Of a stretch of 64,000 bases of DNA, positions 1 through 11,679 are shown piece by piece; positions within the stretch are counted from its first letter, which is position 1, and each line of letters begins with the position of its first letter. This stretch comes from Malacoraja senta (taxonomy: Eukaryota): positions 2,730,001-2,794,000 of the forward strand of contig CM075999.1 in the NCBI GenBank assembly GCA_038087875.1. Reading direction: 5' to 3'. The notes under the pieces were generated by a model. That model did no database searches and was not told where the DNA came from. It was given only the letters and a program-made list of their open reading frames with translations. Both the position numbers and the translations under genes were made by a program.

Positions 1-97
1 ACTTTTATTACATTTTATTATCTTGCTTGTCAAAGTCTCACAAATTTTTTTTTCTTGCCTTCAAGGGAAATAAATTTAATTAGCCAAATGATATTAA

Positions 98-2040
98 CAT
101 AGAAACATAGAAACATAGAAAATAGGTGCAGGAGTAGGCCATTCGGCCCTTCGAGCCTGCACCACCATTCAATGTGATCATGGCTGATCATCCAACTCAG
201 TATCCTGTACCTGCTTTCTCTCCATACCCCCTGATCCCTTTAGCCACAAGGGCCACATCTAACTCCCTCTTAAATATAGCCAATGAACTGGCCTCAACTA
301 CCTTCTGTGGCAGAGAGTTCCAGAGATTCACCACTCTCTGTGTGAAAAATGTTTTCCTCATCTCGGTCCTAAAAGATTTCCCCCTTATCCTTAAACTGTG
401 ACCCCTTGTTCTGGACTTCCCCAACATCGGAAACAATCTTCCTGCATCTAGCCTGTCCAACCCCTTAAGAATTTTGTACGTTTCTATAAGATCCCCCCTC
501 AATCTTCTAAATTCTAGCGAGTACAAACCGAGTCTATCCAGTCTTTCTTCATATGAAAGTCCTGACATCCCAGGAATCAGTCTGGTGAACCTTCTCTGTA
601 CTCTATGGCAAGAATGTCTTTCCTCAGATTAGGAGACCAAAACTGTACGCAATAATCCAGGTGTGGTCTCACCAAGACCCTGTACAACTGCAGTAGAACC
701 TCCCTGCTCCTATACTCAAATTACTTTTGCTATGAATGCTAACATACCATTCGCCTTCTTCACTGCCTGCTGCACCTGCATGCCTCCTTTCAATGACTGG
801 TGTACCATGACACCCAGGTCTCGTTGCATCTCCCCTTTTCCTAATCGGCCACCATTCAGATAATAGTCTACTTTCCTGTTTTTGCCACCAAAGTGAATAA
901 CCTCACATTTATCCACATTATACTGCATCTGCCAAACATTTGCCCACTCACCCAACCTATCCAAGTCACCTTGCAGCCTCCGAGCATCCTCCTCACAGCT
1001 GACGCTGCTCCCCAGCTTCGTGTCATCCGCAAACTTGGAGATGTTGCATTCAATTCCCTCATCCAAATCATTAATATATATCGTAAATAGCTGGGGTCCC
1101 AGCACTGAGCCTTGCGGTACCCCACTAGTCACTGCCTGCCATTGTGAAAAGGACCCTTTACTCCTACTCTTTGCTTCCTGTCTGCCAGCCAGTTCTCTAT
1201 CCACATCAATACTGAACCCCAATAGCGTGTGCTTTAACTATAGCGTGTGCTTTAACTTTGTATAATAATCTCTTATGTGGGACCTTGTCAAAAGCCTTCT
1301 GAAAGTCCAGATATAACACATCCACTGGTTCTCCCTTATCCACTCTACGATTTACCTTTCATAAATCCATGCTGACTTTGTCCAATGATTTCACCACTTT
1401 CCAAATGTGTTGCTATCCCATCTTTAATAACTGACTAGCAGTTTCCCCACTACCGACGTTTGACTAACTGGTCTGTAATTCCCCGTTTTCTCTCTCCCTC
1501 CCTTTTTAAAAAGTGGGGTTACATTAGCTACCCTCCAATCCTCAGGAACTACTCCAGAATCTAAAGAGTTTTGAAAAATTATCACTAATGCATCAACTAT
1601 TTCTGGGGCTACTTCCTTATGTACTCTGGGATGCAGCCTATCTGGCCCTGGGAATTTATCGGCCTTTAATCCATTCAATTTACCTAACACCACTTCCCGG
1701 CTAACCTGGATTTCACTCAGTTCCTCCATCTCATTTGACCCCCGGTCCCCTGCTATTTCCGGCAGATAAATTATGTCTTCCTTAGTGAAGACAGAACCAA
1801 AGTAGTTATTCAATTGGTCTGCCATGTCCTTGTTCCCCATGATCCCCATGATCAATTCACCTGTTTCTGACTGCAAGAGACCTACATTTGTTTTAACTAA
1901 TCTTTTTCTCTTCACATATCTATAAAAGCTTTTGCAGTCAGTTTTTATGTTACCTGCCAGTTTTCTTTCATAATCTATTTTCCCTTTCCTAATTAAGCCC
2001 TTTGTCCTCCTCTGCTGGACTCTGAATTTCTCCCAGTCCT
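98..2040 (-). mobile_element. CR1-clade LINE, 5'-truncated and frameshifted ORF2 (reverse transcriptase) with (TTTCTATG)n 3' tail
   Basis: Minus-strand ORF pieces 1424-1915 (VPEDWRVANVTPLFKKG), 716-1222 ([13 protein letters not shown]...[11 protein letters not shown] motifs) and 197-568 (C-terminus ...RVVNLWNSLP...); CATAGAAA repeats at 98-121 are the microsatellite tail. Confidence 0.95.
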
Positions 2041-2117
2041 CTTACTAGAGATACTGCTCAAATACAGGTAATGGGATTAGCTTAGATGGAACTACAGATG
2101 CCGATTTAAACCAAAAA

Positions 2118-2340
2118 TAGACAATAGACAATAGACAATAGGCATTGGGTGCAGGAGTAGGCCATTTGGCCCTTCGAGCCATTCAATGTGATCATGGCTG
2201 ATCATCCCCAATCAGTACCCCGTTCCTGCCTTCTCCCTATATCCCTGACTCCGCTATTTTTAAGAGCCCTATCTAGCTCTCTCTTGAAAGTTTCCAGAGA
2301 ACCTGCCTCCACCGCCCTCTAAGGCAGAGAATTCCACAGA
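2118..2340 (-). mobile_element. CR1 3' end fragment (second family, (TTGTCTA)n tail)
   Basis: TAGACAA x3 followed by the same CR1 3'UTR/ORF2-end sequence seen at 9327, 13724, 31037 and 56159. Confidence 0.85.
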
Positions 2341-2520
2341 CAGACGAATTCAGCATACAAAAAGCGACAAAAATTCAGGATTTGCGTAGGAAGGAACTGC
2401 AGATGCTGGTTTACACCAAAGATAGACACAAAATGCTGGAGTAACAGTGGGTCACCGCTGAGTTACTCCAGCATTTTGTGTCCTGGTTAGTTTGTGTGAT
2501 GGTGTGGGCTATCAAAGTAA

Positions 2521-3004
2521 CGGGCCTGTCCCACGGGCATGCAACTCCATGTGGAAGCGCGACCTAACCGGAAGTGGGGGCCGCGGGGAGGTCGAGTGAT
2601 CCCGTACAGGGCCGGTCCCACCAGCATGCGGCTGCATGCGGCAAGCGCGACCTAACCGGAAGCGGGGGCCGCGCGGAGGTCGAGTGAGTGACGTGGGAAG
2701 TTCGCACGTGACGTATGGCGTCAAGACGTTGCGTACGGCGTCGAGACACTGCACACGCCCGTCGAGGCGGTGCATACGGCGTTGAGGCGGTGTGTACGGC
2801 GTAGAGGCGGCTGCGGGCCGGCAGGCCATTGCCGCGTGGAACCTTTGAACACGGTCAGTTTTTCGGAGCCCCGCGCGATGTCGGGACCAGCTCCGCACAA
2901 CTCCATACGGCTCCCGCGATCGAAGTGGGACCGGCCCCGCGAGGCCGTACGGCTCAAGCGACCACGTTTGCCGCATGGAGTCGCATGCCCGTGGGACAGG
3001 CCCT
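2521..3004. mobile_element. Non-autonomous DNA transposon (MITE), PIF/Harbinger-like
   Basis: About 33-bp terminal inverted repeats (GGGCCTGTCCCACGGGCATGC[A/G]ACTCCATG), TAA on both flanks (2518-2520, 3005-3007), CpG-rich interior with an internal ~43-bp duplication. Confidence 0.8.
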
Positions 3005-3138
3005 TAAGATTATTTTTCAGTGTATAATGGTGTGATGTAAGTAGGGTGTGGTCACAGATTATACATGAACTCTTTGGCAGATGGAAGTCTAGAGATGGTG
3101 AAGACTTATCTCTGTACTACCACGGAGTAACTCAACAA

Positions 3139-3450
3139 GGGCGGCACGGTGGCACTGCGGTAGAGTTGCTGCCTTACAGCGCTTGCAACGCCGGAGACCC
3201 GGGTTCGATCCCGGCTACGGGCGCTGTCTGTACTGAGTTTGTACGTTCTCCCCGTGACCTGCGTGGGTTTTTCTCCGACATCTTCGGTTTCCTCCCACAC
3301 TCCAAAGACGCACAGGTTTGTAGGTAAATTGGCTTGGTGTAAATGTGTAAATTGTCCTTAGCGAGTGTAGGATAGTGTTAGTGCGTGGGGATCGCTGGTC
3401 GGTGCGGACTCGGTGGGCTTGTTTCCGCGCTGTATCTCCAAACTAAACTA
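3139..3450 (+). mobile_element. tRNA-derived V-domain SINE (HE1-like), near full length
   Basis: A-box-like TGGCACTGCGG, B box GGTTCGATCC, V-domain GAGTTTGTACGTTCTCCCCGTG...GGTTTCCTCCCACAC, (CTAAA)n tail. More than 20 further full or partial copies occur in the window. Confidence 0.9.
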
Positions 3451-3737
3451 AGAGGAGGTCCATGTCAAACCCTCTTGTCCGTCACATGAGGATTTGTCTC
3501 GAACTCCAGACAAAATGTTTTCGAGTCTTAACGACATTGGAAGCCTGTCAACATCGAGGCAACCCTGCCACAAAAACAAATATCCATGTGAAGTAAAATG
3601 ATCCTGTGCAGAATGAAACCCATACCTTAAAATAAACGGGAGCATCTGAGAAAACATGGGTGTTGTAAGGATCAGGTCAGGAAGGAAAATCTGATGTTAA
3701 TGGGGTTAAAAGTGATCTTCAAAGTTTCTGTTTTCAG

Positions 3738-4033
3738 TTTAGCTCAGAGATACTGCGCAGAACAGGCCCCTTAGCCCACCGAGTCCGCGCCGGCCAGCGA
3801 TCCCCGCACATTAACACTATCCTACACAAACTAGGGGCAGTTTCTCACTTATACCAAGCCAATTAACCTACAGACCAGCACGTCTCCGGAGTGTGGGAGG
3901 AAACCGAAGATCTCGGAGAAAACTCCACGCCAGTCACGGGGAGAACGTACAAACTCCGTACAGACAGCACCCATAGTCAGGATCGAACCGGGGTCTCTGG
4001 CGCTGTGAGGCAGCAACTTCACCGCTGCGCCAC
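3738..4033 (-). mobile_element. HE1-like V-SINE
   Basis: Reverse complement of the element at 3139-3450. Confidence 0.85.
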
Positions 4034-4599
4034 TGTCCACCGTCTGGAGGAGGAAGAGAAATTTTAATTCAAACATATTTTGACTGGAATGTAACCAATA
4101 GCATTACAAGATAGACACAAAATGCTGGAGTAACTCAGCGGGCCAGGCTGCATGTTTCGGGTCGAGATCCTTCCTCTGAAGGGCCTGTTTCCACGATGTA
4201 TCTTTCAATCAAGTAAATTTCACTCTGGAACAAAATGTTGGTTTTGCGACGAAATTCAGAAATATATGAAGACACATGTAAATGGCGGACTGATGGTATC
4301 GCTCATCAGACTCTGGTTTTGGACAAGACTCCAATAAAACGTACAAGTTTGTAGGTGAATGTGTTTGGTATAATTGTAAATTGTCCCTAGTGTGTGTAGG
4401 ATAGTGTTATTGTGCAGGGATCGCTGGTCGGTGCGGACTCGGTGGGCCGAAGGGCCTGTTTCTGTTCTGCATCTCTAAACTAAACTAAACACTTTTAGAC
4501 GACAGAAGGATAGAGCTCTGGTAGATATCAACATATCCTCTATTTAACTGTGTAAGAAGGAACTGCAGGATACTGGTTTAAACTGAAGTAGCTGGAGTA

Positions 4600-4888
4600 A
4601 CAGTTTAAGAATAAGGGGTAAGCCATTTTGAACGGAGATGAGAAAACACTTTTTCACACAGAGAGTTGTGAGTCTGTGGAATTCTCTGCCTCAGAGGACG
4701 GTGGAGGCCGGTTCTCTGGAAACTTTCAAGAGAGAGCTAGATAGGCCTCTTGAAACTAGCGAAGTCAGGGGATATGGGGAGAAGGCAGGAAACGGGGTAT
4801 TGATTGTGGATTGATCAGCCCTGATCACATTGAATGGCTTGTAGGGCCGTATGGCCTACTCCTGCACCTATTGTCTATTGTCTATTGT
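4600..4888 (+). mobile_element. CR1 3' fragment nested in a Penelope-type terminal repeat
   Basis: CR1 ORF2 end plus TATTGTC tail; GCTGGAGTAAC before and GTAACTCAGCGGG after show the interrupted host repeat. Confidence 0.8.
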
Positions 4889-5382
4889 AACTCAGCGGGA
4901 CAGGCAGCATCTCTGGAGAGAAGGAATGGGTGACGTTTTGGGTCGAGACCCTTCTGCAGGCTGAGAGTCTGGGGAGAGGGAGATACATAGATAAGGAAGT
5001 GTAATGTGTGAAAATAGGAACAAGGGGATGGAGACTAAGGAAAATGTAGTAGACAAAATGTGTAGGAAGGAACTGCAGATGCTGGTTTATACTGAAGATA
5101 GACACAAAATGCTACAGTAACTCCCAGACAGCATCTCTGGAGAGAAGGAATGGGTGACGTTTTGGGTCAAGACCTTTCTTCTGACTGAGAGTCAGGATCT
5201 ATATATCTATACTACATATATACGATGTATACTGAATGCTAATTTTGCTGTGACAAATGAATGAAAGTTTTGCAAAAGGCAACGATGATCAAGAAAAGGT
5301 GGAGCCCACAATGGTCCATGTAGGGTTCATTTGCCCTATGTACCGTCTATATCTCTTGTTACCCTCTCCCCTGACTCTCAGT

Positions 5383-5510
5383 CTGAAGAAGGGTCTCGAC
5401 CCGAAACGTCACCCATTCCTTCTCTCCAGAGACGCTGCCTGTCCCGCTGAGTTCCTCCAGCATTTTGTGTCTATCTTCAGTGTCCACCAGCATCTGCAGT
5501 TCCTTCCTAC
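5383..5510 (+). mobile_element. Penelope-like element terminal repeat with hammerhead-like core (representative of dozens of copies on both strands)
   Basis: CTGAAGAAGGGTCTCGACCCGAAACGTC...GCTGCCTGTCCCGCTGAG...CCAGCATCTGCAGTTCCTT; the same unit directly follows the GIY-YIG remnant at 14950. Confidence 0.65.
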
Positions 5511-5940
5511 GCACATCTCAAGCTCGGAGTTCCATCTGTCATGTTGCTATTTTGAGGCAGAGTCCGCTGAAGGTCCGTATCATCACCGGAGAATCCCTCT
5601 CGACCAGCTGGAACTCTGTCAAATATTCTAAAGGACTGCAAACCTTCAGATCTCAAGACATTGGAGAATTCATGCCGGTGAACATAATCCCGATGCACTT
5701 TGGAGTAATTGGTGACAGTCAGGTAACTGAACCGCCCTCTCACAGCTAGAGTGCATTCCTGACCTCCCATCTACCGCATTGACGACCTTTGTGTTAGGTG
5801 GAGGAAGGGTCTTGACACGAAACGTCACCCAATTCCTACTCCAGAGATGCTGCCTGACCCGCCGAGTTACACCAGCATTTTGTGTCTATCTTCGTAAGTG
5901 CGACAAAGCCTGGCAAGTGATAGGTGGATAGACACACAAC

Positions 5941-6196
5941 GCTGGAGTAACTCAGCGGGTCAGGCAGCATCTGCGGAGAACATGGATAGGTTACGTTTCA
6001 CAGAGTGCTGGAGTAACTCAGCAGGTCAGGCAGCATCTGTGGAGAACATGGATAGGTGACGTTTCACAGAGTGCTGGAGTAACTCAGCGGGCCAGGCAGC
6101 ATCTGTGGAGAACATGGATAGGTGATGTTTCACAGAGTGCTGGAGTAACTCAGCAGGTCAGGCAGCATCTGTGGAGAACATGGATAGGTGACGTTT
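5941..6196. repeat. 66-bp tandem repeat (~4 units) derived from the Penelope-type terminal repeat
   Basis: Unit CAGAGTGCTGGAGTAACTCAGC[AG]GGTCAGGCAGCATCTGTGGAGAACATGGATAGGTGACGTTTCA, starting at 6001, 6067 and 6133. Confidence 0.9.
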
Positions 6197-7257
6197 TGGG
6201 TCGCAACCCAGACTGAGGAAGGGTCCCGATCCGAAACCACCTATCCATGTTCTCGCGAGATGCTGCATGACCCGCTCAGTTACTCCAGCATTTTGTGTCC
6301 ATCTTCGATATAAACCAGCATCTGCAGTTTCTTTATATTACATTTAATGTTTAATCGCACTTTATCTTGCACTAAATGTTATACCCTTTCTCCTTTATCT
6401 GGACGGTTGATTGTAAACATGTAAAGTCTGAAGAAGGGTTTCGGCCCGAAACATTGCCTATTTCCTTCGCTCCATAGATGCTGCCGCACCCACTGAGTTT
6501 CTCCAGCATTTTTGTCTACCTTCGATTTTCCAGCATCTGCAGTTCCTTCTTAAACATAAAGTCTGTTCTTTGACTGGTTAGCACACAAACAAAAGCTCTT
6601 CACTGTACCTCGGTACACGTGACAATAATAAATGTGACAAGTCTGAACATGCAACCTAGCATTATCTTCCTGGCGGTAGGATTTGGTTTACAAACCAGTG
6701 TAAACCTATGACTTTTAATCGAAAGTAGGACATGGATTGGTTTTGTAACGTTCAAATTTCAATTGCACTGCACGCAAAAAGGAAAAAAATGGATGAAGAA
6801 ATGCCGTCCCACAGAGTTTGTACCTTTTCCCCGTGACCTGCGTGGGTTTTCCAGGTGCTCCAATTTCCTCCCATACTCCAACGACATGCAGGTTTGTAGG
6901 TTAATTGGCTTCGGTAAAATTGTAAGTTGCCCCTAGTGTGTGTAGGTTAGTGTTAGTGTGCGAAGATCGCTGGTCGGCATGGACTTGGTGGGCCGAAGGG
7001 CCTGGTTCCGTGCTGTATCTCGAAAGTCTAAAAGTAAAGACTAAGTATGTATCTTTAGTAAGGATAATGGCTTGCAAATATCTGAAATGCTCAGTCTACA
7101 GAAAAATGAGATCTAATTCCATAGGCAATAGTTCTTTAATTGTCACATATGCAACTGTCTGATCTAATTATTTTTGCAAATATTACACGTGTGGGTACCG
7201 CCGTTATTCAAAGTCCGGTCCACTCGATGTACTGGAAGTTCCCGCAAACCGACATCC

Positions 7258-7901
7258 CTCTCCTCTCCCCTCCTCTCCCCTCCTCTCCTTTCCTCTCCTC
7301 TCCTCTCCCCTCCTCTCCCCTCCTCCTCTCCTCTCCCCTCCTCTCCCCTCCTCTCCTTTCCTCTCCTCCTCTCCTCTCCCCTCCTCTCCTCTCCTCTCCT
7401 CTCCCCTCCTCTCCCCTCCTCTCCTTTCCTCTCCTCCTCTTCCCTCCTCTCCTCTCCTCGCCTCTCCTCTCCTCTCCCCTCCTCTCCCCTCCTCTCCCCT
7501 CCTCTCCTCCTCTCCTCTCATCTCCTCTCCCCTCTTCTCCCCTCCTCTCCCCTCCTCTCCCCTCCTCTCCTTTCGTCTCCTCCTCTCCTCTCCTCTCCTC
7601 TCCTCGCCTCTCCTCTCCTCTCCCCTCCTCTCCCCTCCTCTCCTCTCCCCTCCTCTCCCCTCCTCTCCTCTCCTCTCCTCTCCTCTCCTCTCCTCTCCTC
7701 TCCTCTCCTCTCCTCTCCTTTCCTCTCCTCCTCTCCTCTCCCCTCCTCTCCCCTCCTCTCCTCTCCCCTCCTCTCCCATCCTCTCCCCTCCTCTCCTCTC
7801 CTCTCCTCTCCTCTCCACTCCTCTCCTCTCCTCCCCTCTCCTCTCCTCCCCTCTCCCCTCCCCTCCCCTCCTCTCATCTTCTATCCTCTCCTCTCCTCTC
7901 C
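7258..7901. repeat. Polypyrimidine (CTCCT/CCCCT)n simple repeat
   Basis: About 640 bp of almost pure C/T pentamer repeat. Confidence 0.97.
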
Positions 7902-7914
7902 TGGCCATCTGTGT

Positions 7915-8736
7915 TTTAGTTTTAATTTTAGCTTTTTTAGTTTTAGAGATACAGCGCGTAAACAGGCCCTTCGTCCCACCGAGTCCGTGCCGACCAGCGA
8001 TCCCCGCACACTAACACTACTCTACACACACCAGGGACAATTTACATTCAAAACCAAGCCAATCAACCTACAAACCAGTACATCTTTGGCGTGCGGGAGG
8101 AAACCGAAGATCTCAGAGAAAACCCACGCGGGTCACGGGGAGAACGTGCAAACTCCGTACAGACAGCACCCGTGGTCGGGATCGAACCCGATTAGGTTCA
8201 CGAGATTGATCCCTGGGATGTCGGGACTGTCAGATGAGGAAAGATTGAAAAGACTGGGCTTGTATTCACTGGAGTTTAGAAGGATGAGGGGGTATCTTAT
8301 AGAAACATATAAAATTATAAAAGGACTGGACAAGCTAGATGCAGGAAAAATGTTCCCAATGTTGGGCGAGTCCAGAACCAGGGGCCACAGTCTTAGAATA
8401 AAGGGAAGGTCATTTAAGACTGAGGTGAGAATAAACTTTTTCACCCAGAGAGTTGTGAATTTATGGAATTCCCTGCCACAGAGGGCAGTGGAGGCCAAGT
8501 CACTGAATGGATTTAAGAGAGAGTTAGATAGAGCTCTAGGGGCTAGTGGAGTCAAGGGATATGGGGGGAAGGCAGGCACGGGTTATTGATAGGGGATGAT
8601 CAGCCATGATCACAATGAATGGCGGTGCTGGCTCGAGGGGCCGAATGGCCTCCTCCTGCACCTATTTTCTATGTTTCTATGTCTCTGGCGCTGTGAGGCA
8701 GCAAGGCGGCAACTCTACCGCTGCACCACCGTGCCG
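7915..8736 (-). mobile_element. HE1-like SINE split by a + strand CR1 3' fragment (8191-8680)
   Basis: SINE sequence stops at ...GATCGAACCCG (8190) and resumes as GTCTCTGGCGCTGTGAGG (8681). The insert encodes [12 protein letters not shown]...GYGGKAGTGY* and ends in TTTCTATG repeats. Confidence 0.88.
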
Positions 8737-9326
8737 CTGGTTGTGTCCCGTGAAAGCGCTGGAGGCATTACCCCCGGTTCACACGCTAGTTTTCCCTTTG
8801 CATAGTTTCCACATAACTCTAGGTTGCGGAACTTCAACCCGCAGTACATAAAAGCAGGTAGTCTTACACTGCGTTGAGATTCTGTCATGAATCAGAGGAG
8901 GTAACCAGGACTGCCAAACTGTCTAACTGCTGCCTAACACATTCACAGCGCTGTCTTACATCATGGCCTTGTGATTTCTCCCCAGCTGTCCCCAGCAGTG
9001 TCAGTCAGCTAGTGTTACAGGGCAAGTTTCTAAGTTGAGGGGCGGCTGGGATGCGGGCACATGGCTGGGTGATTTAACACACACCAACAAGCGCTGTCAT
9101 ATCACAGGCACAGTCAAAGGACGGCCAACGAGACTCGGCTATAAGAGGCGAGTGACTTCACCCAGACAGCCTGTCATGCAGTGACACCATCTATGGAGGC
9201 AATGCCACCATCGTGAATCACGGGGTCAGCCTCACCAATGACAAGTCCACAGTGGCAACCGGGCCGGCACGGTGGCACAGCGGTAGAGTTGCTGCTTTAC
9301 GAGAAGGAAGGGTCTGGACTGTGTGT

Positions 9327-9806
9327 CAATAGACAATAGACAATAGGTGCAGGAGTAGGCCCTTCGGCCCTTCGAGCCAGCACCGCCATTCAATGTGATC
9401 ATGGCTGATCATCCCCAATCAGTACCCCGTTCCTGCCTTCTCCCCATATCCCCTGACTCTGCTATTTTTAAGAGCCCTATCTAGCTCTCTCTTGAAAGCA
9501 TCCAGAGAACCTGCCTCCACCGCCCTCTGAGGCAGAGAATTCCACAGACTCACCACTCTCTGTGAGAAAAAGTGTTTCCTCTTCTCCGTTCTAAATGGCT
9601 TACTCCTTATTCTTAAACCGTGGCCCCTGGTTCTGGACTCCCCCAACATCGGGAACATGTTTCCTGCCTCTAGCGTGTCCAAGCCCTTAACAATCTTATA
9701 TGTTTCAATGAGATCCCCTCTCATCCTTCTAAACTCCAGAGTGTACAAGCCCAGCTGCTCCATTCTCTCAGCATATGACAGTCCCGCCATCCCGGGAATT
9801 AACCTT
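9327..9806 (-). mobile_element. CR1 3' fragment nested in a split SINE (9265-9300 and 9969-10210)
   Basis: ORF 9419-9838 (-) encodes the CR1 ORF2 C-terminus; TAGACAA tail at 9329-9344. Confidence 0.88.
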
Positions 9807-10212
9807 GTCCAACTATCACTTGCTAGGCTTTGTCCCACTTCCGAAGATTGACACAGAGTGCTGGATTAACTTAGCGGGTCAGGCAGCATCTCTGGAGAAC
9901 ATGGATATGTGACGTTTCGGGTCGGAACCCTGACTGAAGGGTCCTGACCCGAAGAAGAACCTGGCAAGAGTCCCAGGTTCGATCCTGACTACGGGTGCTG
10001 TCTGTGCAGACTTTGTACTGCGTGGGTTTTCTCCGGGTGCTCCAGTTTCCTCCCACACACAAAGGCATAAGGGTTTGTGGGTTAATTGGCTGTAGTAAAA
10101 TTGTAAATTGTCCCTGGAGTGTAGGACAGTGTAAATGTGCAGGCTGGTTGGAGCGGACTCAGCGGGCCGAAGGGCCTGTTTCCGCGCTGTATATCTACAC
10201 TAAACTGAACAT

Positions 10213-11245
10213 AATAGAAACATAGAAACATAGAAAATAGGTGCAGGAGTAGAGGCCATTCGGCCATTCGAGCCTGCACCGCCATTCAATATGATCATGG
10301 CTGATCATCCAACTCAGTATCCTGTACCTGCCTTCTCTCCATACCCCCTGATCCCTTTAGCCACAAGGGCCACATCTAACTCCCTCTTAAATATAGCCAA
10401 TGAACTGGCCTCAACTACTTTCTGTGGCAGAGAATTCCACATTCACCACTCTCTGAGTGAAAAAAAAAATTCTCATCTCGGTCCTAAAAGACTTCCCCCT
10501 TATCCTTAAACTGTGACCTCTTGTTCTGGACTTCCCCAACATCGGGAACAATCTTCCTGCATCTAGCCTGTCCAACCCCTTAAGAATTTTGTAAGTTTCT
10601 ATAAGATCCCCCTCAATCTTCTATATTCCAGCGAGTACAAGCTGAGTCTATCCAGTCTTTCTTCATATGAAAGTCCTGACATCCCAGGAAACAGTCTGGT
10701 GAACCTTCTCTGTACTCCCTCTATGGCTATAATGTCTTTCCTCAGATTAGGAGACCAAAACTGTACGCAATACTCCAGGTATGGTCTCACCAAGGCCCTG
10801 TACAACTGCAGTAGAACCTCCCTGCTCCTATACTCAAATCCTTTTGCTATGAATGCTAACATACCATTCGCTTTCTTCACTGCCTGCTGCACCTGCATGC
10901 CTACTTTCAATGACTGGTGTACCATGACACCCAGGTTTCATTGCATCTCCCCTTTTCCTAATCGGCCGCCATTCAGATAATAGTCTACTTTCCTGTTTTC
11001 GCCACCAAGTGGATAACCTCACATTTATCCACATTATACTGCATCTGCCATGCATTTGCCCACTCACCCAACCTATCCAAGTCACCTTGCAGCCTCCGAG
11101 CATCCTCCTCACAGCTGACGCTGCTCCCCAGCTTCGTGTCATCCGCAAACTTGGAGATGTTGCCTTCAATTCCCTCATCCAGATCATTAATATAAATTGT
11201 AAATAGCTGGGGTCCCAGCACTGAGCCTTGCGGTACCCCACTAGT
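10213..11245 (-). mobile_element. CR1 LINE 3' ~1 kb fragment (RT C-terminal region)
   Basis: Same family as 98-2040; [14 protein letters not shown]...FADDTKL and [15 protein letters not shown] motifs; CATAGAAA tail. Confidence 0.92.
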
Positions 11246-11678
11246 ATAGGAGCAGGGAGGGTCTACTGCAGTTGTACAGGGTCTTGGTGAGACCACACCT
11301 GGAGTATTGCGTACAGTTTTGGTCTCCTAATCTGAGGAAAGACATTCTTGCCATAGAGGGAGTACAGAGAAGGTTCACCAGACTGTTTCCTGGGATGTCA
11401 GGACTTTCACATGAAGAAAGACTGGATAGACTCGGCTTGTACTCGCTGGAATATAGAAGATTGAGGGGGGATCTTATAGAAACTTACAAAATTCTTAAGG
11501 GGTTGGACAGGCTAGATGCAGGAAGATTGTTCCTGATGTTGGGGAAGTCCAGAACAAGAGGTCACAGTTTAAGGATAAGGGGGAAGTCTTTTAGGACCGA
11601 GATGAGAATTTTTTTTTTCACACAGAGAGTGGTGAATGTGGAATTCTCTGCCACAGAAAGTAGTTGAGGCCAGTTCAT
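11243..11678 (+). mobile_element. Inverted duplicate of part (10400-10834) of the adjacent CR1
   Basis: ORF 11272-11667; shares private variants with the minus-strand copy. Confidence 0.85.
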
Positions 11679-11679
11679 G

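Noticed and set aside
2512..3035. Arg/Pro-rich ORFs in the GC-rich segment
   Set aside because: They lie within the MITE and show no transposase motifs.
3139..3215. tRNA-like A/B boxes
   Set aside because: SINE heads followed by V-domain and tail in many copies; not functional tRNA genes.
7140..8589. Long ORFs of 259, 471 and 234 aa
   Set aside because: Read-through of the CT simple repeat into SINE and CR1 sequence; not a gene.
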